Source of the DNA: Phycisphaera mikurensis NBRC 102666
GTDB taxonomy: Bacteria; Planctomycetota; Phycisphaerae; Phycisphaerales; Phycisphaeraceae
Direction: 5' to 3'
Assembly (NCBI RefSeq): GCF_000284115.1
Contig: NC_017080.1
Coordinates: 2,640,001-2,672,000 of the forward strand
DNA: 32,000 nt
Under the pieces are notes generated by a model. That model ran no database searches, was not told where the DNA came from, and saw only the letters and a program-made list of their open reading frames with translations. The translations under genes and the position numbers were made by a program. Every line of letters begins with the position of its first letter. Position 1 is the first letter of the stretch. Of this stretch, positions 18,553 to 27,018 are shown piece by piece.

Positions 18553-20253
18553 TCAATTCATCGCCATGGGCGGCGCGGCGGGGCCGGTCGCGAGCTTGGG
18601 CGGGACCGAGCCGTCGAGCAGCTGTTGGAGGTCGGCGTAGGCGAACCAGTAATCGCGCAACGCTTGGAGGTAGGCGCGGCCGGCGTCGATCTGGTGACGC
18701 TTGGCGCTCAGCAGCTCGAAGGGCGTGACCGCCATCGCGTTGTACTGCAGCTGGCTCTCGGCCACGAGGGCGGTGTGCAGCGGCAGCACCACGTCGCGGA
18801 GGTAGGCCGCCCGCTCCCGGGTGGTCTGCAGCCGGACTTCGGCCATGCGGGCCATCGAGCGGACCTGGGTGGCGGTGGAGAGGAAGGTCTCCAGCCGCTG
18901 GCGGAGGCGCGAGGCCTCCTCCGGGCGGACGCCCTGCCCCAAGTCGAAGACGGGCAGCGGCGTTGCGACCGACGGCCCCAGCCCGAACTCGCCCGAACCG
19001 GCCCCCTTCTCGGTGGTGATGCCCACATTGAGGAAGGGGAACATGGCCAGGACGTTGCGGAGCTTGAGCCGGGCGGCCTGGGCCTCGATGAGGTGCCGCT
19101 GTCCGGCGAGCGCCAGGCTGCGTTCGACCACGAGGCGCTCGACCGCCGCGGACCGCTCCTGCGAGGGGACCAGCGGGTCGGGAAGCCCGGCCCCGCCGGG
19201 CTCGGAGAGGGCGCCGAGCCAGTCCAGGTCCGGCATCGCGGGCGGCGGACCCGCGGCGGCGCCGGCCGTCCCGCTCCCCGGCGGCATGGAAAGATTCTCC
19301 GCCAGCGGCGGGCCGGCCAACACGGCCGCGGCTCCCTCCGCGGATTCCGCTTTTGGAGCAGGCGTGGGGGCGGGCACCTTCGCGACCTCCTCCGGCACGA
19401 GCACCGGGCTGTCGCCGTGCTCCATCCCGGGAACCGCGTCGGCCGCGCGTCCCTCCGCCGTCGTTGCGGCGGGCGGGCCGACCGGCGACCCGTCCGTGGG
19501 CACCGTCCACGCGGTCATCGAGCCGGACAGACTCATGATCCGGTTGAGGGCCTCCCTGGTTTCGCCGAGCCGCTCGAGGGCCAGGTTCAACCGGAGCTTG
19601 GATTCTTCGTAGAGCGTCCGTTCGCGGAGCACCGGCAGCTGCGGGATGTTGCCGGCCTGGCGGAGCCGCTCGGCCGTGAGGTACGAGGCCTCGGTGGCGG
19701 TGACGACGGCCCGCTCCATGTTCACGAGCTGCCGTTGCGTGAGGAAGGCGACGTAGGCCCGCCGGGCGTCGCCGATGGTGGCCAGGACCGCGGCGGAAAC
19801 CCGCCGCTTGGCCGCTTCGAGCTGCTCGCCCTGAATCTCACGCCGAAGCGGGATCGTGAAGACGCTGATCAGGTTCTGGAAGAGCGCCCCCTCGAAGCTG
19901 ACTCCCGCGTCGAAGAACCACGTGTCCCACGCGAGCACGGGGTTGTCCGGCAGCCCGGCCTGGATCAGCTGACCCCGGGAGATACCCAGTTCCTCGTAGA
20001 CGGCCTGAAGGTCGCGGTTGTGCAGGATCGCCACGCGGACGACCGCCTCGGCGGTCAGCGGCTGCGCCAGCGTCTCGCGGACGATGCGGTCGGCCTCGCG
20101 GTCGGCCTCGGGGGTGCGGGTCCAGGCCGGCGAGACCCCGCCGCGGCTCTCCGCGGTGTCGGCGACATCGCCGAAGCCCGCATCGCGCGGGGCGGATGTG
20201 CAGGCGGACGCGGCCAGCGCGAGCATGGTGGTGGTGAAGAGCAGCCGCTTCAT
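18553..20253 (-). CDS. TolC-family outer membrane efflux protein (OMF) lipoprotein, without adjacent MFP/RND partners
   Basis: The start is ATG 20253 (MKRLLFTTTMLALAASAC, a lipobox-like signal). Two OEP-type repeats are present (AILHNRDLQAVYEELGISRGQLIQAGLPDNP... and ...LQYNAMAVTPFELLSAKRHQIDAGRAYLQALRDYW). They are separated by a Pro/Ala-rich insert of about 110 aa. Confidence 0.8.
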   Translation of the reverse strand: MKRLLFTTTMLALAASACTSAPRDAGFGDVADTAESRGGVSPAWTRTPEADREADRIVRETLAQPLTAEAVVRVAILHNRDLQAVYEELGISRGQLIQAGLPDNPVLAWDTWFFDAGVSFEGALFQNLISVFTIPLRREIQGEQLEAAKRRVSAAVLATIGDARRAYVAFLTQRQLVNMERAVVTATEASYLTAERLRQAGNIPQLPVLRERTLYEESKLRLNLALERLGETREALNRIMSLSGSMTAWTVPTDGSPVGPPAATTAEGRAADAVPGMEHGDSPVLVPEEVAKVPAPTPAPKAESAEGAAAVLAGPPLAENLSMPPGSGTAGAAAGPPPAMPDLDWLGALSEPGGAGLPDPLVPSQERSAAVERLVVERSLALAGQRHLIEAQAARLKLRNVLAMFPFLNVGITTEKGAGSGEFGLGPSVATPLPVFDLGQGVRPEEASRLRQRLETFLSTATQVRSMARMAEVRLQTTRERAAYLRDVVLPLHTALVAESQLQYNAMAVTPFELLSAKRHQIDAGRAYLQALRDYWFAYADLQQLLDGSVPPKLATGPAAPPMAMN

Positions 20254-20693
20254 CGTCCGGCCTCCGTCTCGCTGGCTCGATCCGCGTTCTCCGTGAACCC
20301 GCTGCGGGGCCGGTTCTTCATGCCCGGCTCCGGGGCGTCCGGTTGGAACAGGGGCGCCCGCTCGGAGGCCTCCTTCACCTCGCCGGTGTCCGATTCCTCC
20401 ACGCCCGGGGGCAGCTCCCGGGCGTCCCAGGCGGCGTCCATCATCGGGAGCACCGGCTGGGGGTCCACGGCGGCGGTCGCGGCTGGACCGCGGCCGGTGG
20501 GCGCGATCGCCAGCCACGGCGCCGCCACCGGCATCATGCCGGCGGGTGCGTCGGGCTCGGCGGGGTTGCCGACGACGAGAGCGTCGTCGATGATCTGCTG
20601 CGTGTCGGTGCAGCCGACGGGCGCGAGGGCCAGCAGGGCGAGGGCGGGGCTGAGGAGTTTGATGACGGCCTCCGGGAAGACGCTGCGGGACAA
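20250..20693 (-). CDS. Hypothetical small secreted/lipoprotein with Met-pair motifs
   Basis: The track ORF is 20250..20774. Its GTG 20774 start would overlap the upstream gene by 32 nt, so in-frame TTG 20693 is preferred. That start gives the signal-like SRSVFPEAVIKLLSPALALLALAPVGC. The mature part contains GMMPV, LPMMD and PGM. The stop overlaps the OMF start (ATGA 20250-20253). I recognise no homolog. Confidence 0.45.
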   Translation of the reverse strand: MSRSVFPEAVIKLLSPALALLALAPVGCTDTQQIIDDALVVGNPAEPDAPAGMMPVAAPWLAIAPTGRGPAATAAVDPQPVLPMMDAAWDARELPPGVEESDTGEVKEASERAPLFQPDAPEPGMKNRPRSGFTENADRASETEAGR

Positions 20694-20742
20694 ACGGGTC
20701 CGCCCGCGGGCTGCGGGCGGGCCCCATCGGGGCGAAGGGTGT

Positions 20743-21054
20743 TCAGGCGGCCATGGCGCGGCACGCTTCTGCACAGCGACGCGAGCTGTCCGCGCACGTC
20801 TTGCAGTGCTCGTGGTCGTGCTGCTCGCAGTTCTCGGCGCACCGCTCGCACGCCTTCGCGCACAGCTCGCAGGCCTCCCTGGAGAAGGGGCCTTCGCTGG
20901 CGAGCAGGGTGGCGCAGGCCCGGCAGGCCGCGGCGCAGTCGATGCAGCAGGCGGGGCAGTCGTTGGAGCTTTCCATCCCGGCCATCTTCGCGAGGCAGTG
21001 GTCGCAGTCGGCGGCGCATTCGAGGCAGGTCTGGATGCAGTCGGCGTTCTTCAT
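20743..21054 (-). CDS. Cys-rich four-helix-bundle copper-binding protein (DUF326 / Csp3-YhjQ-like)
   Basis: The start is ATG 21054 (MKNADCIQTCLECAADCDHC...). The protein has 20 Cys in 103 aa, arranged as repeated CxxxCxxC / CxxC helix-face motifs and ending ...CKTCADSSRRCAEACRAMAA. There is no signal peptide. It is the first gene downstream of the CsoR box. Confidence 0.85.
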   Translation of the reverse strand: MKNADCIQTCLECAADCDHCLAKMAGMESSNDCPACCIDCAAACRACATLLASEGPFSREACELCAKACERCAENCEQHDHEHCKTCADSSRRCAEACRAMAA

Positions 21055-21112
21055 CTTCGTTCGCGTTCCTACGTTGGGATCTCGGAAAACCCGACGCCAC
21101 GTTGGTGTCGGG

Positions 21113-21127
21113 TACCCCACGGGGGTA
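21113..21127. promoter_or_regulatory. CsoR operator (TACCCC-ACG-GGGGTA inverted repeat) in the csoR / copper-operon divergent promoter region
   Basis: This is a perfect 6+6 inverted repeat, TACCCCACGGGGGTA, centred in the 116-bp divergent intergenic region (21055-21170). It has the TACCC...GGGTA architecture known for CsoR operators and lies 44 nt upstream of the csoR ATG. Confidence 0.7.
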
Positions 21128-21170
21128 TTCAGAGGATCGGTAGCGCGGCGCATGCCGCGGGTCAAGCTCG

Positions 21171-21500
21171 ATGGCGAAAAAGACGCGACACAAGGGCGAT
21201 GAAGCCGGTCGACCCGCGAAGACCCTGCACGTCGACGCCGAGCACAAAGCCGCCGTCGGGCGCCGCCTCCGCCGCATCGAGGGACAGGTCCGCGGCATCG
21301 AGCAGATGATCGAGGAGGATCGCTACTGCGTGGACATCCTCACGCAGATTGCCGCGGTCCACAGCGGCCTGCGGGCGGTGGCGAAGGAGACGCTCCGCCA
21401 CCACCTCCGCCACTGCGTCCGCGACGCGATGGCGAACGACCCCGGCTCGCTGGAGCGGACGATCGAGGAGCTGCTGGAGGTGTACCACCGGGTTCGCTGA
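21171..21500 (+). CDS. csoR: CsoR-family copper-sensing transcriptional repressor
   Basis: The 109-aa protein has RLRRIEGQVRGIEQMIEEDRYCVDILTQI and the x-C-H-C ligand set (YC ... RHHLRHC) typical of Cu(I)-sensing CsoR (DUF156 family). Confidence 0.9.
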   Translation: MAKKTRHKGDEAGRPAKTLHVDAEHKAAVGRRLRRIEGQVRGIEQMIEEDRYCVDILTQIAAVHSGLRAVAKETLRHHLRHCVRDAMANDPGSLERTIEELLEVYHRVR

Positions 21501-21635
21501 CGCTCCCGCTCCGCGGGCTGCGCCCGCGTAAGGCGGTGGACACGGCGGAAGAGCGAATCGGAGGCGTCGCCGCCAGCGCCGGGGAGCCGGTTGCACCGCG
21601 ACCCGAGCCCGGCCTCGCGGCCGCCCGGCAGCGCC

Positions 21636-22292
21636 TCAGAGCAGCGTGAAGAGCTCGCTGCGCACCATCCCGAAGCAGGCGTCCCGGCGGGCCACCGGGC
21701 GTTGCTCGCGGGTGCCGGGCACGCGGCGCCAGTCGATGAGCCGCCGGTTCGGGCAGCCGGTCTGCCACCGGAAGAAGCCGTGCATCAGGCGGAGCCAAAC
21801 GCGGGCGTGCAGCCGGCGGAGGCGCCCGCCGGGCTCGACGAAATCCACCAGCAGCCAGGTGCCGCCGGGGCGGACGGCGCCGAGCCAGGCGGGCAGCCCG
21901 CGGCCGAGCTGCTCCGCGTCGAAGCAGTCCAGGAAGAAGGCCGTCACGAGAGCGTCGAAGCCGTGCTCCTGAAGAGGGTGCTCCAGCGCGTCCGCGCGGA
22001 CGAAGGCGACGCGTCCCCCCGCTTCAGGGGACGCGTCCGCCACCCGCCGCCGCTGCCGGGCGAGCATCGCGCCGCTGAGGTCGACGCTCACGAAGCGGCA
22101 CCGCGGCCGGGCGCGGCACATCGCCGCGAGCAGCCGGCCGTCGCCGTCGCCGAGCACCAGCACGCGGCCTTCGCCGGGGAGCCGATCGAGCAGAGCGACC
22201 CGCGCCCGATGGAGCCGATCGCCGAAGGCCAGCCACTCCAGGCCCCGGTAGAGCCCGGCGAGCCGGTCGTAGCCGCGGCGGGCGGCGCTCAC
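21636..22292 (-). CDS. Class I SAM-dependent methyltransferase
   Basis: The start is GTG 22292 (VSAARRGYDRLAGLYRGLEWLAFG...). Motif I is VLVLGDGDGRLL, followed by VSVDLS, FVRADAL and FDALVTAFFLDCF. The start overlaps the upstream gene stop (GTGA 22289-22292). Confidence 0.75.
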   Translation of the reverse strand: MSAARRGYDRLAGLYRGLEWLAFGDRLHRARVALLDRLPGEGRVLVLGDGDGRLLAAMCRARPRCRFVSVDLSGAMLARQRRRVADASPEAGGRVAFVRADALEHPLQEHGFDALVTAFFLDCFDAEQLGRGLPAWLGAVRPGGTWLLVDFVEPGGRLRRLHARVWLRLMHGFFRWQTGCPNRRLIDWRRVPGTREQRPVARRDACFGMVRSELFTLL

Positions 22293-23206
22293 GGGAGGCC
22301 GAGCCCTTCCTTGAGCCACCCCCAGGCCAGGGCCGCGGCCGCCGGCGGCACCAGCAGCGCGGCGTCCGCCTTCCAGCCGCCGGGATCGAGAAGCGCCCGG
22401 CCGTGGCCACCCGTCGGCCGCAGCGGCGCCGGCCGGCAGGCTCCGGCGGCAAGGGGAGCCAGCGCGGCCGCTCCCGCGAGCAGCGGCACCGCGAAGAGGC
22501 CCGGGAGGACGCCGCACGCCAGGCCGCCCGCCCCGCCGAGCGCCACCAAGCCGAGGAGCCGGCGGGCCAGGCCCGCCCGCGGCGGCTTCGCGTCGGCGTC
22601 CGCCGCCGCCTCCCGCGCCGTCACGACCAGGCAGTTCGCCCCGAACAGCAGCCCCGCGAGAACCACCGCCAGCGCCAGCGGGAAAGACGGAACCTCCGAC
22701 GCGCACGGCAACGCCACGCCGGCCGCGAAGAGCAGGCCCACCCGCAGCTCCTTGGTCCAGCCCCGCGGCGGCGACGCCGGGCCGTGCACGCGGAGCGCGT
22801 AGAGCAGCACGAGCGCCGCGAGCACGCAGCCCGCCCCGAGCAGCCTGGGCTCCAGCCCGCCGGCCGCCACGGCGACCGCGGCGAGGAGCGCGGCCGCCCA
22901 GACCAGCGCCAACCACCCCGCGTGCTCGGCGTGGAGCCGGTGGCGGAGCAGGTGCGGCTTCGCGGGATCCAGGCGCCGCGCGTCGAGCCACCGGTCGCCG
23001 GCGTAGATCAGCCACACCACCAGGCCCAGGGCCAGCGCCTCGGGCGGGCGCGGCCACCGGTCGGAGAAGGCCCGAAGGAAGAGCGTCTGCCAGAGCAGCG
23101 CGACCGCCACCGCGTCCAGCGAGAGCGCGTTGATCGCGGCCCCCGCCCCCGCCGCCGCGGGGGCGGCTGCGGGGGCGGGGGCCTGCGCGATGGTCTCGGT
23201 TCTCAT
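22289..23206 (-). CDS. Hypothetical polytopic membrane protein (possibly a distant UbiA-superfamily-like protein)
   Basis: The start is ATG 23206 (MRTETIAQ...), inside track ORF 22289..26158. There are about 7-8 hydrophobic helices, and a loop motif WLIYAGDRWLDARRLD (DxxxD) follows the second helix. No canonical NxxxDxxxD motif is present, so the family assignment is weak. Confidence 0.5.
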   Translation of the reverse strand: MRTETIAQAPAPAAAPAAAGAGAAINALSLDAVAVALLWQTLFLRAFSDRWPRPPEALALGLVVWLIYAGDRWLDARRLDPAKPHLLRHRLHAEHAGWLALVWAAALLAAVAVAAGGLEPRLLGAGCVLAALVLLYALRVHGPASPPRGWTKELRVGLLFAAGVALPCASEVPSFPLALAVVLAGLLFGANCLVVTAREAAADADAKPPRAGLARRLLGLVALGGAGGLACGVLPGLFAVPLLAGAAALAPLAAGACRPAPLRPTGGHGRALLDPGGWKADAALLVPPAAAALAWGWLKEGLGLP

Positions 23207-23392
23207 GACGTTCCGGCCCCGGCAGCGGAGGGTACGGAGCCGATGCCCCGCGGACGCCGGTGCCGGCGGCCAGCCGCGACCGCCTCGTTCATCGGCGCCG
23301 GGATCGAGGCGTCGCGGAGCTGCGGAAGGCCACCGGATGCCGGTAGGCTCGGCGGTCCGGGCTCCCGCGTTCGCCCCCGTCCTCCCGTTCCC

Positions 23393-25495
<2,103 letters not shown>

Positions 25496-25750
25496 GCATC
25501 GCGCGGCCGAGCCGCCGGATCCAGCGCCCGGCCGCGCGGGCGGGCCCGCGACGACGTGCCGCTGGCGGGCGGGATCGCGACGACGCTCGCGACGCGCGCC
25601 GCCCGAAGCCGGCGTGCGACCGCCCGCGCGCCGCGGGCGACGCCCCACGCCTTCTCGATGCGATCCTCGGGGGTCGCGCCCGACGCGGCTCCCGCCGGGT
25701 GCGGCGCCGGAACCGCCGGCGGATCCGCAGCGTAAAGTCCGGAACCAAGG

Positions 25751-26176
25751 ATGCTCGCCGCGCTCCCCGTCACGCCCGCCCACGCCTTCCGCTGGCTCCT
25801 CGCCGCGGCCGTGGCCTTCGCGAGCCTGGGGCTGTGCCCGTGCCCGGCCCCCGCATCGGCTCAAGCGATCGCGGCCCAGGCGGAGCCGCACGGTTGCTGC
25901 GAGACCGGGGAAGCGCCCGCCGCGCCGGCGATGCCCGACGAAGACTGCAGCCACTGCGTCCCCGCGGAGACGCCGGTGCGGCTGGCCGCCGGCGACCATG
26001 CGGTGGAGCGGCTGGTGCCGGCGGGGTCGTTCCCGCTGCCCGACGCGCTGCCCGATGCCGCCGGCGCGTGGCCCGATCGGTCGGCGGCCTCGGGGCGGGA
26101 GGCCCGGCCGCTGGCCCGACCCGGGCCGGCCCCTGCGCAGACGCTGCGTGCTCTCCACGCGTTGCTGCTGATCTGA
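25751..26176 (+). CDS. Hypothetical small secreted protein with HGCC and CSHC motifs
   Basis: The start is ATG 25751, preceded by AAGG. The signal-like N-terminus is FRWLLAAAVAFASLGLCPCPAPASAQA. Third codon positions are strongly G/C, consistent with coding. It sits directly upstream of the Cus-like operon. I recognise no family. Confidence 0.5.
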   Translation: MLAALPVTPAHAFRWLLAAAVAFASLGLCPCPAPASAQAIAAQAEPHGCCETGEAPAAPAMPDEDCSHCVPAETPVRLAAGDHAVERLVPAGSFPLPDALPDAAGAWPDRSAASGREARPLARPGPAPAQTLRALHALLLI

Positions 26177-26382
26177 TCCAAGACGGCTGCTTGCCGGAGT
26201 CCGCGCCGGTCCGCCGGTTGGCGCGTCCGCCGGTCCGCGGCTTCCGGCATCGCCTCCCCGCGCGGTGATCGCGTGCCCACGCCCTCCCGGCGTCGGGCGC
26301 GTCGCTGCTCTCGCTCCCTCCCCCGCCCGGGGTGCCGCACGCGTCGTGCGCGTCCCGGCTCGCTCCTCCCTGGAACCACCCG

Positions 26383-27018
26383 ATGAAGCTTTTCCTCCTC
26401 CCCGCTCTTGCCCTCCTCCTCGCCGCCCCCGCGCTGCCTTTGGCCGCCGCGGAGCCTCCGCAGCCGCGGAACGTCTACCCGCTTCCCCACGACCCGGTGA
26501 GCGGCGAGCCGCTCGCCGGGGTCGATCAACCCGTCTACCGGACGCACGAGGGCCGCCGCTTCCACTTCGCCTCCGAGGCGTCGGCGGAAGCCTTCGCCGC
26601 CGCGCCGGGCGATTTCATCCCGGCCGTCGACGAGAGGCTGATCGCCACCCAGTCGCGGGTCTACCCGATGCAGACCTGCGCGGTCGCGGGAGGGGCGCTG
26701 GGGTCCATGGGCGAGCCGGTTGACGTGCTGCTGGGCCACCGGCTGGTGAAGCTGTGCTGCGCCGGCTGCAGGGGCGCGGCCGTGGCGGATCCCGAAGCCG
26801 CGATCGAGAAGCTCGACGCCGCCGTGCTCGCCGCTCGCCCCGCCGGCGACGCCGCGGAGACGTGCCCGGTGACGGGGATGAAGCTGGGCAGCATGGGCGA
26901 GCCGGTGGACATCGTCTTCGCCGGCGAACTGGTCCGCTTCTGCTGCGGCGGTTGCACCTCGAAGTTCCTCGCCAACCCCGCGATGCACCTCCAGAAGATC
27001 GAAGGGGCGGGATCGTGA
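26383..27018 (+). CDS. Periplasmic protein made of three tandem YHS/TRASH-like modules (first module lacks all Cys)
   Basis: The start is ATG 26383 (MKLFLLPALALLLAAPALPLAAA, a signal peptide). Modules 2 and 3 are YPMQTCAVAGGALGSMGEPVDVLLGHRLVKLCCAGC and ETCPVTGMKLGSMGEPVDIVFAGELVRFCCGGCTSKFLANP. Module 1 is YPLPHDPVSGEPLAGVDQPVYRTHEGRRFHFASEASAEAF. The stop overlaps the cusC-like start (GTGA 27015-27018). Confidence 0.7.
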   Translation: MKLFLLPALALLLAAPALPLAAAEPPQPRNVYPLPHDPVSGEPLAGVDQPVYRTHEGRRFHFASEASAEAFAAAPGDFIPAVDERLIATQSRVYPMQTCAVAGGALGSMGEPVDVLLGHRLVKLCCAGCRGAAVADPEAAIEKLDAAVLAARPAGDAAETCPVTGMKLGSMGEPVDIVFAGELVRFCCGGCTSKFLANPAMHLQKIEGAGS

